A DNA stretch of 64,000 nt from Pelomyxa schiedti (taxonomy: Eukaryota > Protista > Evosea): NCBI GenBank assembly GCA_020536535.1, contig JAHLWZ010000821.1:48036-112035 (forward strand). Reading direction: 5' to 3'. This document shows, piece after piece, positions 15,001 through 28,038 of the stretch (positions are counted from its first letter, which is position 1; each line of letters begins with the position of its first letter). The translations under genes and the position numbers were made by a program. The notes beneath the pieces are model-generated. The model made no database searches. It worked only from the letters and a program-made list of their open reading frames with translations, and was not told the origin of the DNA.

Positions 15001-16073
15001 TTATTTGATAGAATATAGACTTGAAAGTGAAGTGAGTAAGTGGCGAACATGGGAGAGTACGAACATATTGCATTGTCAGTTTTGAGATTTTCAATTAAAA
15101 TACTCAAAGATTGTAACACTTGAATGGCAACAGCTTTGTATTTTCCCTGCCTCGCAAGGTTGAAGAGATAGCCCAACATATTTTTTTCCATAAAAAATCT
15201 AAAGCACGTCACCCCCTGCGGGAAAGTAGACAGTACACACTCGAACAAAGTTGGATCATTCTTATCACCCCATAACAGAACTTCAGCAAGATCATGAGTT
15301 GTTGAAATAAGAAGGTCAAAGTTGTCGAGGGTGATTGTGCCATTTAATTGATAGACCTTGAACAGTTCTCTGTGATGGAATTACATCAATAAATACCCAA
15401 GAATCCAAATCATTGCAAAATGCAAACACAAAGAAAGTGCAAGATGAATGTACTTCAAGTGTGGGACGGAGAATCTATCAACTGCAGCATTGTTAATACC
15501 CAATGAAGGGAGCTTTCCTCCAAACGAGGGCAAGTGCAGAGATGGAGGTAGCGCCAAATTGGGAATGTTGTCCTTCCAGTCAAACATTGCGTGTTTCATT
15601 GCATTCTTCATGTCACTCAAAACGACTTTCCCCTTTGGCAACGCACTTGCAGCACTGATTCCACTACTTGTCGCAGATCCGGTCGTCGTAGTTGCAGCAG
15701 CACCACCCAGTGGCGGCGTCGTGTTTCTGTTATTTTGGGTATTGGCAGGAGGAGGCGTAGTAGATCTTGCAGTGACGTCACCCGCGCCGGGGATTGGTGA
15801 CTTGCTGGGTGTCACTTTAGGAGGAGGGGGCGTTGTGGCGCGAGGGGTCGGGCCATTGTCAGGCGAAGTGGGCTTGACCGCGCTCGTGCCGTCGCTACCC
15901 GGCGGTTGCTGCAGTTGCACGGCGGTCGTGGCGGCAGTTGCGTCGGCGACGTCATCGACCCGTGGTGGAATTGCACTCGGCTGAGCAGTCGTCGATGGGA
16001 ATGTCACGTTGTCGACATCGAGCAGCACCCCCGTTTTTACTGTAGTCATTTTTTCTGCTAAATCCTTTTTCAT
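12036..16073 (-). CDS. CLEC16A: CLEC16A/GOP-1/TT9-family (FPL domain) endolysosomal trafficking protein, multi-exon
   Basis: [17 protein letters not shown]|[10 protein letters not shown]...[16 protein letters not shown]...[12 protein letters not shown]...[23 protein letters not shown]...FFFNE is the FPL domain. Start may be 16073 or 16049. Confidence 0.88.
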
Positions 16074-16432
16074 TGTCTGCAACAACGGACTAACAAAGAA
16101 CCATGTCGAAGGTGTGCCATTTACTGTAGTTACTCCTACATCGATGAACAATTGCAATCCAAAAACCGCTGTGTGGCAGGAACATAACCGACGGCCTGAC
16201 ACCACGAAGCGGAGGTAACAGGAGGGAAGCCCCAGAGGCGCTCGTGGGGCGTGTGTTGGCCACCTTGGTGGTGTATGTTGCACCCTGGGGAGGAGTGTTC
16301 CAGACTACCCTAATGACTGGGCACTGAGAGCGTCTCCACCCCATTCTATTTTCATTGCATTGACAAAAGAAAAGAGAAAAATTTGTCTTCTATACAACAC
16401 ATGGCCAAGGTGGAATACTCTCGGTTGTGGTG

Positions 16433-17638
16433 TCAGCAACCTGAGCCATCTTTTTTCTTCCTAGATTTCTGCCCTGGTTTAAGTACAATAGTTGGAGCGG
16501 CAGGTGCTAGGACGGTTGCAGCAAACCTGTTTGTATATGGTGAGATCTTTGGAGGAATGAAAAACTTACTTCTCGTGTATGGTTTTGGTCATCTCAGCGA
16601 GTGCTTGTGTTACATTGTTACCAGTTTTTACACTTATCTCCCTAGCGTTCAACAGTGACGAAGAGAAAGAATGGGGTGGAGGATTACATGCAGGGTATAC
16701 CGGTTTCAGTTGTCAGTGCCTAACACATTCATTAATGAGCGATTTGACAAAGTGAGCACTCACGGTAGTTTCTTCAGCTGTCACTGCTCGGGTATCTAAA
16801 TCCGTTTTGTTTCCAAGGAAAAACTAATGCAGTCAAACCAGGGGAAACCGAAACAAAAGTACACACCTTACAAGCAGTTGTATCAACATAATGGTCCACA
16901 TCTGCAGACCAATGACCAAGGTTCTCGAATGTAATTTTTTCGGTAACATCATAGAGAAGGAATGCACCGTGAGCATGTCTGAAATCTGGGTTTGCCATAA
17001 GGAAACATAAAAAGGAATGGAGCCATACAGCTGCCAGTAAGATTTCTGAATCTCTCTTGGCCTAAACCACAGTAAACAAAGGAAAGGAGGAAGCCTAAGT
17101 GAAACCTGCTGTATCCCACTGTTTGGAGGTGAGTTTGACTTAAAATACAAAGTTTACTAACCACTTGAAGTTTGACTTTCTTTCCATCGGGTGCAGTTGT
17201 GTATATGAATTTCTGGGAAGGGTCTGGTCAGTAAAGGAGGAGGAATTAGTTGGCTCACATATTCCGCACCAGGACCAGGGATATTTTCTTCCCAATTTCC
17301 TGTCTGCATGACGCAATCAGAACATAATAATAAGTTGTCATTCTTACCCCTAATCTATGCAGCAGGGATGACTTCCCAACATTGGGATCGCCTAAATAAT
17401 TATTTATTACATGCACGTAATGTCACACAAAAGCACAAGCAACAAAAGGAACCATTTCGATTGTTACCTAACAAAATGACACGGTACATAACATCACTTG
17501 GTTGTTTTAAAAGAGCGATATTAGCAAGAGAGCAAAGGTGGTTCGCGCGTTTGTTGCTTGGGTGGTTGTTGGATCTGTGGATTAAAAAAAAACAACAAAT
17601 GGAGAGGAAACGTACTAGTCTGCATTGGCTTTGGCCAT
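16433..17638 (-). CDS. Rab-family small GTPase, multi-exon
   Basis: Spliced motifs G1 ILLG|DPNVGKS, KLQV|WDTAG|QERFR, G4 GNKTDL, G5 EISVK. Basic C-terminus ending KKKDGSGC*. Confidence 0.9.
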
Positions 17639-17889
17639 GGATAGATCTATACAACACAACAAAATAAAGAAAAAACGCAGACACCACCAGAACCACCACG
17701 CTTCGCTACAAAATAAAATGTTTTTATTTCGAGGAAAGGGGTTCATTCGGCTGAAGCATCTCAAAAAAACAACACAAATCAACTCGGTGTCTGAGGCACA
17801 TTGATTCCCCTGCTGCTTAGAACAATGGCCACATGCCAAGATCCCCACCACAATTTATATTAAATGGATTCGCCCCAGGGGCTACCACC

Positions 17890-19468
17890 ATGGGAAAGGA
17901 CTTGGATTGGAATCAATGGGACAAAAAACAGATGGCAGATGTGGTGTTGGGTGGCGGTGACGCTTTAGGGGACGAGGTGGTTGATGTACTGCAAAATCTG
18001 AACAGCAGACACGCAAGAGAGGTTCTGGAGAGGGTGCTGTTGCGCCGGCCACTGTTTATCCCTGCACTTTTGGCTCTCCGCGTCATCGCGGTATATTTCC
18101 CGGCGATTGTGGAAGACAAGCCACTGTCTCGTTCTCCTACCACTGACACTTTCATCGAGCTTGACTATCAGGTCAAATGTGCGAAGACGTTACGTTAGCT
18201 TACACTGTGTGATTTCATTTTCACAGTTGGAACAACTGGCCAAGAACGCACCTTCCCAGGAGCAGTCTGATGCGTATTCATTCTTCTACGAACCACAGGG
18301 ATTGCCTGCGAGAGTCAGTTCCGCGGGTGGAATGTGGCTTGGCGCCTGGTATTTGCTCAAGGCATCATGGTTGCACTATGTACAGCACGACCCAACGGCT
18401 GCAGCTCAGTGTGCAATGAAGTCTGCCTCACTCGGTGCGTTTGTGTTCACACCTGTTTTGTCAGTTGAGATATGTAGGATATGGCCCTGGGCAATATTTT
18501 CTTGCTGTGTGCTACCAGATTGGAGAAGGTGTTATAAAAGTTACGTTATGTTTGATGCATTTCTCCGTACACTAATATATACCAGAATACACCCATGGCT
18601 CTCAAGTTGTGTAGGGATGCCGCAGGTCAAAACCTCCCACGTGCGCAATGGCGTCTTGGCAACATTTATGAGGTTGGTGACCTCGTTGAACAGAATTTAA
18701 ATGAGGCCGCGAGGTTATATGAAATTGCTGCCACAGGTTGCTTTTTTACCGATGTTGTATATTTCTCAGTATCTTAAAAACTTTGTGCCTTTCGTTATAA
18801 CAAAATTTAATGTAAGGTGGCTGCCCAGAGGCCATGTGTTGTCTGGGACTCTTTTATGAAAAAGGAACTGTGGTGGCCAAGGTATGTCTCCCAAGATCTG
18901 GGATTGTATCCTCACATTATTACAGGACATTTCCCGAGCAATAGCGTTCTATAGGCAAGCGGCTAACTACGGTTCATCCAGAGGTCTGATAAACCTAGGT
19001 GTCTCATATTACGAGGGATCAGGTGTTGAAGAAAATGTAACGAAAGCCGCTAATCTCTTCCGCGGAGCCGCTGACCAGGGAAGCCCTGAGGCCCAATGCT
19101 TTTTGGGTGCTTGTTATAACCACGGCAAGGGTGTGGAAAAAAACTTGACCGAGGCAGTGCGGTGGTACCAAAAGGCAGCCGCACAAGATCACGCCAGAGC
19201 ACTATGCTGGTTGGGGATGTCATATGAGCGAGGTGAGGGAGTTCCAGTTGACCAGAATCAGGCCCTGAAATTATACACAAGAGCCGCTGACCAGAGACTA
19301 CCCATTGCATTATTCTGCACTGCCGATTGCTGGTTCAGAGGAGTAGGTGCTACCACCCCAGACACAAGAGCAGCTTTCAAACTTGCTCTTCTTGGAGAGG
19401 GCCAAAAGCATGCTTTGTGTACCAAACTGGCTGAGGAGATCAGAGCAAACAAGCCACGGAGACACTAG
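17890..19468 (+). CDS. Sel1-like repeat (SLR) protein, multi-exon
   Basis: Tandem Sel1 repeats, e.g. AQCFLGACYNHGKGVEKNLTEAVRWYQKAAAQ and ALCWLGMSYERGEGVPVDQNQALKLYTRAADQ. Confidence 0.92.
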
Positions 19469-19569
19469 CCAACTTTGTAAAAATTACAGTCTGAAATTTG
19501 TTTATTTTTGATACAAACTCAAGAAAACTGAGTGAGAATTTTTTTTATTTTGAATTTTTTTTATTTTAT

Positions 19570-21231
19570 CTAATAGGGAATACGGCCCCCTTTTCTCTTT
19601 TTTGTGCTGTGTGCAAACCTGTTGATGGTGGCCATTGTTTCGCCTGATGAACGGGTTGCTTTGATTTGGTCGAGATAGAGAACATTCCTGGCAACACTAG
19701 CCAGATCAAAGGCCCAGTACTGGCTCATCAGTGGGCTTATGTATAGTTTACTGCCGTGTGTGCGAGGGTTTGCGTGATAATCCCCAAAGTGTCCCTGTGT
19801 GCACAACAATCAGAGGGTTAAAAAGGGAATGAGGGGCAAGCGGACCTCTACAGCGGAAGTAACAGAACACATTACCTTTGATGAGAAATTAGTGGATTCT
19901 TAAGGTTGGAATAAGGATACAATTGAATTGACCGGATTGCATGCATTAAAAACATCTATAAGTTTCTGTGCCTCCTCCATAGAGCGAGTTAAAGAAAAGG
20001 ACCCAAGAAAGCCTCCTTGCTGGTCGAGAGTGGCCACATTTTCAAGGAATAGTGAATGGTTAACTCCATGAAAGCAATCTAAAAACCGGTTGGGAGAATA
20101 TTTTGTATTGAGATTAAGTACCAACACCAAGGCCGATGAGCATAAGAAGTTTTCTAGGTACCTATAATGTACACTAAAAACTAGGTCAAGTAATTTGGAG
20201 TAGGACATTTTCAAGCATGCTGATAGCACAAATAGAAGTCATGTCCTCAGTAGGTGTTCCAAGTCCCTCTTCGTTGCCTTGTTGGAGAATTTCTTAGTTC
20301 TTCATCGATTCAGAAAGTAAAAACCTGTCATAAGACTATCTGTGCCGCCATCAACTGTAATAATTGTATCAATGGAATGTCTTAGAACGATTTGTTCGAA
20401 AGCAGCTTTTACTTGAACGACGCCTGACCTACCAATAGAGTGACCGTTAGAAGTTGCTTGTGTAAGGGGAACCTCTCAATCATGTACACAAAGCTATCCT
20501 CTATTCCTTGGGCTTTCATCCAGTTGGCCACCCACAATTCAGGCCAGTAGTCCTCACTTTCTGGTGTCCAGAGTGCTGTTAAGAAAATACTTCACAATGA
20601 GTGAATCAAACAAACGTATAAAATAAAACAGACGTACTCTGGTTACGGGAGCTTCCAGCCACCACTTTCATGCAAATTTCAGTGAGCCAGTCGGGACGGC
20701 CACCAGGGCTAAGAAGCTCCTTTCTGGCGTGCCATGACGTGAATGTCAGGTTTGAAAGCCACACATTGACACCAGCCTTTTTCAATGCAAAGTATATTGG
20801 AATCCCAGCAAAGAAATCATAACCTCCTCCACACCCTGCCACGCAAACCAAAAATGCCCACCCCCCATTCAGCCAAATAAAACCCCAGGAAAAACAACCC
20901 AACAAATTCAGCCCAGCCTCCCACAACTTCATTTCTCTTACACACAAAAAGGAACCAAAGCAAAGGAACCAACCAAACCTGCGATGAGTACGTTTGTCGC
21001 CATCGACAGCGTGTCCCACACCGGCTGGTGCATCGCCTCCAGAACGCGTGGGTTCCCGCGAGCCGCCGACGCCGTCGTGGGTGCTGCTGTTGCTGGCGTA
21101 GATGCAGTTGCAGTCGTAGATGTCGACGACGGTGGTGCTGATGGTGATGGAGACGCCGCCGTCGATGAAGACGACGAAGATGAAGATTCACACGCTGAGG
21201 GCGTGGCCGTGGTTTCGTTGTTGGTAGACAT
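19570..21231 (-). CDS. DUF1152-family protein, multi-exon
   Basis: NVLIA|GCGGGYDFFAGIP, LSNLTFT, VDGGTDSLM, GNEEGLGTPTEDMTS, CFHGVNHSLFLENVA.L...GGFLG, GHFGDYH...RT.GSKLYISPLMSQYWAFDL match the DUF1152 family as recalled. Confidence 0.8.
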
Positions 21232-21344
21232 TCCTGTAATGGAAAAAAAAATTATGACACACAAGGAGAATCTTTTCATTTTGACTCAGCAAGGGGAAAT
21301 CGACGAAACCAACTTTTTGATCAGCCCAAGGTGATGGTGCTGCG

Positions 21345-22331
21345 TTGAGAAGCTCACCCGGTGTGATGCTTCAACATCTAAAGCCATTATCCTCGGAGTG
21401 GAAAAAGGAAGACACGGGGCCGTCACTTCTCATGGAGCAATTACTTGCTACTGCTAAACTGGCAGACAGGAAAGTTGACACAACCAAGCAAGAGCCATCT
21501 GAAGAAGTGAAAACACCAAGTTTCACCGAGTCATTGATGGCAGGTCCTCAAACGGAGTCTGCGAAATATGCACCAAACCCAACAACAAAATAAGCCCGGC
21601 AAAGCACAAGAGGTGCCCAAGAAACGTGATGACCCACTTACTGAGCCAGACACCACCACACAAACAACTACGCCTCCATTCCTCACACCTCTCAAAACGC
21701 AACGAACCCTTTACCAACAAATGTACTATTGTCATCGCTGTCACCACCGCTTCCTGAGCAGTCAAAGGCACCAGGAGCAGCCTCAGTTCTACTAAAATCG
21801 AAATTCCTTATCACTTCCATGCCGCCGCAGAACTCCTCCCTGCCGGTTTGTAAAAATACTCCCCAGTGTTCCACCAACTCTAATGACATTAATGCATTCA
21901 CACCAAACACAGCCGGCAAGAAAAAGGGGCTCCGATACCTTGGACAACCTTTTGTGCCAAGGGGTCAAGTCAAACCCTCTGGGGAGCCGGTGCTCCAAAG
22001 ATGATAGTAAACACAAAAGAAACATCCGCATCCAGGACAGCAGAAGAAAAAGCAAACAACAGTGGGCTAGATAACCCTGAGGACTCTGGCACCACATTCA
22101 CACCCACAGCAAAACCAACAACAGAGGCCATCATGAAATTCACTTTTGATGCAAATTGGCAATGAATGTGTGCCTTGGAAGCATTTGGAAAGCACACTCA
22201 GTGGTACAGCTTGCATCCAGTCAACACAACTACAAGTACGAATTGTATGTGTTGCCTTAGTATTGGATTTTTTTTTCGGGTTTTTTATTTGTGTGACTTT
22301 TTTTTCCACAAACAGAACCAGTCGGAAATAA
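21345..22331 (+). pseudogene. Disrupted low-complexity coding remnant of unknown origin
   Basis: Consecutive T/P/Q/K-rich ORFs in shifting frames with stops and no clear GT-AG introns to join them. Confidence 0.3.
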
Positions 22332-22752
22332 AACTTGAATTGAATGATTTTTTTGAGCTTCAAAAGGGGGACGGGAAGGGGCACTAACACGTGGTCGAGC
22401 AGGGTGAGGAACACCACCGAAGTGGTAGTGTTGGGCCTGCATTTATGATTGATTGATTTGTGGCTCACTGTAAAAAAAAACCCATTGACATACTGATTTA
22501 TTAACAGTTTTAAGGTCAACAAAACCAAAGCGCTTGGAACTCATGTTTGCACACTTTAATCAGTATCAAGCTTTAACCACAGAGGGTGTTTTAAAAGCTT
22601 TGCACTTCACACTAGAGTGCAAGTTCAAGTGCCTTAATTGAGGTTAAGAGCAGGGAGAGGGAAAAGAGTAGACCAACCTGTTTATGTTGTGGTGTTACGG
22701 TGGTTCCTGAGGAGATGGGTAGTCACGGTATTTGACTACTTGAATTCTCTCC

Positions 22753-24011
22753 TCAGGAGTTAACCTCATCCTCCTCTCTTGCACAAATCAACACCGATAT
22801 CCTTGAATCTTGTGACTTTGGCAGTACCGGAGGATGGGAGCTTGTTTTGCTATTAGTGAGGTATGGATGCATTGGTAGATATAACCTGTTGTGCATGGAG
22901 ATCCCGGAATTCTTTTTGGGCTGCTTCTTGCCGGTCAGCATGAAGTTGTCTGAGTATCCTCTCTCTTTCACTGGAAGGTTTTTACAACAAGTATGGACTG
23001 GAATTTTAAATACTACCTGTCAGAGGTCGAATTCCGCTGAGATGCAGCCTCGCGTGCCTTGTATTTCTGAGGAAATGTGTCAAAAAAAAAAAAGAAATAA
23101 TTGTTCACAGGAAGACCTTTCGTATTGCCTCAGCATGTTCAAGGAGATCTTTGGCTTTGGTCAATCGCGAAAGAGAACTGGCAGGAGGAAGAATGAGAGC
23201 ATTTCCTGCTTCTTCAAATCCCATGGCAGATAGCATCTGTTTACCTCCCGGGGCTGAACCCACACTCTTGCAAGGGTCAGTAAAGAAAAAAAAGTGAAGT
23301 GTGTCAAGACCTCGCGAAATTTTGAATTAGAAAGGGGCAGCCTCCTAACTCGCTCATTTGTAGGGTTGGCCAAAATGTTCTTTATTACCATCAACAGAGT
23401 CCTTTGGCAATCCCTGGAAATACCGTTAAGTTGAGAAATTAAAAACGACAACCTATTTCTATAAAGAAAATATCAACAAACCAAAAGACAGCATCAGAGG
23501 CAGGCATCATGTGATCCATCAACGCACTGGAAATAGAGTCCATCTCTTCATCCATATCAACTACAAACCCATAATTAGAATCCATCCACCCACCCACCGC
23601 AAACTAACACAACATCTTTTCCGCCCACGGTCCCGCCGCGTAATACATTTCCTACGAGTTACAACAAGCACGAAGAGACCGACGCGACGCACCAGTGACG
23701 TGATGCAGCGGCAACTGATTGTCGGGCACAGTTGTCCCACAACTCATGCACAGCTGCTCGCGCCCACTACCACCTCCTCGCTCGGTTGACGTCGCCACTC
23801 CTGGATGTTGTAAGCAATCACTTTCGGTTTTCCCTGAAGAGCAACAAAGTACTAGCAGATACTTTCTGAGCTGACTGTAGAAGGGAGAACCATCCAGTAG
23901 TGAATGGCACTTGAGTGGTAATTTTATTGTGAAGTACTCCGGCGGATACACCCTCGACTGGCCCCACTGAACGGTTTTTTTCATCTGCAGTGACTTTCGT
24001 TTGTTCTCCAT
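22753..24011 (-). CDS. PUB-domain protein (putative p97/Cdc48 cofactor) with an N-terminal CxxC..H element, multi-exon; both ends approximate
   Basis: CQRTLLMVIKNILANPTNERVRRLPLSNSKFRE|..VGSAPGGKQMLSAMGFEE is a PUB signature. Upstream CMSCGTTVPDNQLPLHH. Confidence 0.72.
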
Positions 24012-24032
24012 TTTGTTTCAGCGTTTTTTTTC

Positions 24033-25858
24033 ATGGGGATCCCCACTCGTGGGGCTAAGCGGGAGTTGCGCGTTGTAGTGGTTGTTGTGGCTCTTACTGG
24101 GGTGTTGATTATGGGATGCGAGTTGTGTGAACCGGGATATTTCTCGACCCCTGGTTGATTCCTCATCCTCCATGGGATTTCATATTTACATTTGAGAATT
24201 CCATGTTTCCTTGTTTCTGTTGGTATTCTAAATGGAACTCTTTTCGTAGAGTGTGGTTTGTATTCAAATAGTACATGCCCGGAAGGGAACTGCCTTCTGA
24301 AGAAAGCTTGTTTGCCTTGTGACCCTGGTTACTATGCCCCTGATTATGGGAGCCAGAACTGCACCCCTTGTGCTGTTGGCTCAGAGGCTCCTTATTCAGC
24401 TACTGCGAATTGTACGCTGTGTTCACCTGGATACTATGCTCAGAAAGAGGGTACCAGTGAAGTAATTTCTCTTACCTCTCTCTTGTGCTCTAATTTAACT
24501 ATATCATAATACCAGTGTTCGGCTTGTGATCCTGGTTACCACTCAAGTAACCCCGGTAACTATTGGCCGAATATATTCTATTCGCATCCAACAATATGAT
24601 CGCTTTCAGGAGCCTCTAGTTGCGCTATTTGTGGAGCAGGGCAGTATGCACCTGGAGCATCAGCTGAGTGTAGTGATTGCCTTGCAGGTACATACAGCGA
24701 GACTGGAGCTGGTGCCTGCACTGAGTGCACCGCAGGGTATTGTGTTATTACTTCAACACTCTTGTACTCAAATCAAAATTAGGACTTACCAGCCAAGTAA
24801 CAGCTCAAAATCTTGTTTGGATTGTAATCCAGGTTTGTTCACAAGAACATCCCTCCACTCTCCAGCATCAACATGATTTTCGTCAGTGAGCGATTATTCA
24901 CCACACCACTATGCTAAATAGCACTTCACTTAGAAATTCTACAGGTTCGTACTCCTCTCAAAATGGTTCCACTTTTTGCACTCAGTGTGACCCTGGTACC
25001 TACAATAATGAAACTGGAAAGGCACAGTGCCAGTAAGAAAAGTACTACTCAACAAAGCTCCATTCACTGCAGGCAGGTATTGTGGGCTTGGAACCTTCTG
25101 TTCAATATATGGAGCTGTCAACTGCACAAATTGCACCGCGGGAACAAGCTGCAGTAGCGGCGGGTGCACTTTCTGCACCTCATGTCTTGATGGATGGTAC
25201 CAGCCGCGACAGGTAGAAACCAAAGTCCTTTGTCGATTGACATAGATACAAGGGACAAGCCGGTTGCTTTCCATGCTATGCGGGAACATATTCAAATGAG
25301 ATAGACACAGGATATCTCTACTGCGAGACTTGCCCTCCTGGGACTTATTCAGATGTGACGTAAGCAGCAGTTACCCTAAATTTCCTTTAATAATGTGCCC
25401 AGGTACCCTTCATGCGTTGATTGCAATCCCGGTTACTATTCACCTAAGAATGGTTCTGCATACTGTACTGCTTGTGCGTCTGGTATGCATTCATCTTCAA
25501 CCAAATTCCAACTAGCTTCCCCTCCAGGCAATTATTCAAGTGAATCTGGGTGTACTAGTTGCTCAGTATGTGGAAACATGATGACCTCTTCTGAAGGAAG
25601 TGCTGTGTGTATTCCAACCAACATCGACTTTCCTCAATTCCATAACACACTGCAATTCTTCCCTCTCAGGGCTGTAAACCCAGCATAGAATTATGGTGTA
25701 TTATCTGCGCGGGACTGGTGGTTGTATTTGGCGGAATTGGTGCCACCATGTGGCTTGTAGTTCGCCGCAAAAACAAGAGAGCAGAAGAAACCCACCTCAT
25801 TGAGATTGAGAATATTGTACCATGCCCTGATGATGGCCCTGTTTATAAAGGAGACTGA
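24033..25858 (+). CDS. Type-I membrane protein with Cys-rich (ephrin-receptor-like/GCC2_GCC3) repeats, multi-exon
   Basis: Signal-like MGIPTRGAKRELRVVVVVVALTGVLIMG, many CxxCxPGxY repeats, TM segment WCIICAGLVVVFGGIGATMWLVV followed by RRK, stop TGA 25856-25858. Confidence 0.85.
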
Positions 25859-25959
25859 GTCTGATGGTGAGCCACCCTCAACTCAGTTAGGACTTGTAGT
25901 ATAGCTTATATCTGTTTTTTGCTGTGGAGAGCAACAACTAGCTGTGGGTCAAATGTGGT

Positions 25960-26158
25960 GCTTTGGTTCCTTTTTGGTTTTTTGGGGGTGCAAGGCAAGA
26001 GAAATGAAGTTGTGGGAGGCTGGGCTGAATTTGTTGGGTTGTTTTTCCTGGGGTTTTATTTGGCTGAATGGGGGGTGGGTATTTTTTGGTTTGTGTGGCA
26101 GGGTGTGGAGGTTATGATTTCTTGCTGGGATTCCAATATACTTTGCATTGAAAAAGGC
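25960..26158 (+). pseudogene. Inverted duplicated fragment of DUF1152 intron 1 and exon 2 (source 20775-20961)
   Basis: Near-identical to the reverse complement of 20775-20961, with a 3-bp and a 1-bp deletion in the exon part. Confidence 0.9.
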
Positions 26159-27294
26159 CTTGGGTCCAATTAACTTGTCTAACTCAGTGCCATAAAGGAC
26201 TGGAGGAACAACGCAGAAGCAACCAGCAGGAGCAACAGCAACAGAACAGCAAAAGCAACAGCATCAACATTGGGGAGCTGTCGGGGATATGCCTCGGGGA
26301 GACCCGGCGGGCGTCGGCCAACTTGGAGGCCTGGTACACCTCGACCGGCCACCGAACGAACCGGCGGTCCTGTTTTCCCTTTGATCGAACAAACCAAATC
26401 GAAGAAAAAGTAAGTAATAATATCTTTTCTCTTTTGTGCTGTAAGCACTGTTGTTGGTGGGGATAGTAAAGGAGAGTCTTCATTGTCAGCTGAATCACAA
26501 AATCAAGCTCAGAGAGAGGTGGCAACACTGCACCTTGTTTTCTCTTTTGGTTGGCCCTTGTGTTGGTTGCTCTGTTGAGAAGTGAGATGACATAAAACTG
26601 AACATAGACAAACCTGATGTTGCCTGGAGTTCTTCATGGCTTCTAGTCTGTGGAAGGCTTTCATTTTCCTGGAAGACACTTGAGCAGAGTGCCATCAACT
26701 GTGCTGTTGTTAATTTAACAAAGGGTGTGGACATCCCTTTGTAAGTCATGGGATGCTAGTGCTTGGAGTGATGGTGATGTCAGTGCTATTGTGAGATTTT
26801 TGCTTTTCATATGTTTCCGATGAACCAGTGTCCAAAATGTCCAGTATTCTCACAGTGGCATCGCTCAGACCAGTCAGGGAAGTGGCCATGTAGTATATTC
26901 CAGCAGTGACAGGGAGTGGGTGCACAATGTACTTGCTGCAATATCATCCTTTTACCGTGTTTGTTGGGTCAGGTGAGTGAGGACGAATTGTGGTTTTTGA
27001 AGAACCTACCTTGAGGCTCGACGGAGGTGGGGCAGTGACGGCTGGATAGAACCTTATACTTGTATTGTAGTACATTTTTGCTGTTGTTTTATCTTTAATC
27101 ATAAGGAGGGAGGTGGCCGGGGGAAAGAAAAACAGCAGAGAAAGGGGTCGTGGCATACTCCCAGAGTCCATGAACCTTACTGTGCAGCCGTTGGAATATA
27201 AGCACAATGACCACTTGGAATGGTTTCAGCAGTATTCAGACATAGAATTAATTTGCTACTGCAACAAGGTGTTAGGGGAAAAAAAAAAAACACC

Positions 27295-27362
27295 CAAGAC
27301 AAGACAAGACAAGACAAGACAAGACAAGACAAGACAAGACAAGACAAGACAAGACAAGACAA
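27295..27362. repeat. (CAAGA)13 pentanucleotide microsatellite
   Basis: Directly visible. Confidence 0.95.
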
Positions 27363-27490
27363 TTCGAACGGGTACCTGAGATTGGAAATCTCAGGTTGGC
27401 TTTTGTTGTAGGGATTGGAGCAAATGAGCCACGCTGTGTCGCGTTCCCCGAACTCGGCAACGACGGGCGCCGCGCCGTAGCGTCTCCCCC

Positions 27491-27701
27491 CGATCACGAA
27501 CCGATCGCCAATAATGCTTGCGGAGCGGCACCTGTCGTCGACGTTGTGCTCGTCTTGATCCAGCCCCAGCTGCCTCAACCACGGCAACAACGGCGGCCAG
27601 CTGTGCGTGAAATTTGGGCTGGACCAACTTCGCCGGCGACGAGCACAACGTCGACGACAGGTGCCGCTCCGCAAGCATTATAGGGGATCGGTTCATGATC
27701 G
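27491..27701. repeat. Inverted repeat with 64-bp arms (27491-27554 / 27638-27701), 3 mismatches, 83-nt spacer
   Basis: Arms compared base by base. Confidence 0.92.
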
Positions 27702-28038
27702 TCATGTTCATTCTCTTTTTGATTACAGGGTAATTCTTGTCCTGTCAAATGACTCAACAAATCCCACAACACAGTACGAATTTAGTCTGAACATAGGAGT
27801 CTGAGGTTGAGTCAAGGGAAAAACCTGGCATTTTTGGTTGTTAGCAACACAGGGATAACAATTAATAATCATCTCGCCACAATAAAATCGACCCAGAGCA
27901 ACGAATCAGTCGCCTCCCGAAGCCAACGCACAGACTGATCCTGCCCGTGTACCAGAAGCAGTGAAGGGCAGATGACGCATACAAACGACACACCACAACA
28001 ATTCATCACGTCAGGTGGTGAGGGTGGTGGTTAGGCGG

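Noticed and set aside
26179-27290. Minus-strand ORF fragments
   Set aside because: Frames do not join and show no recognisable domain; treated as part of the scrambled fragment tract.
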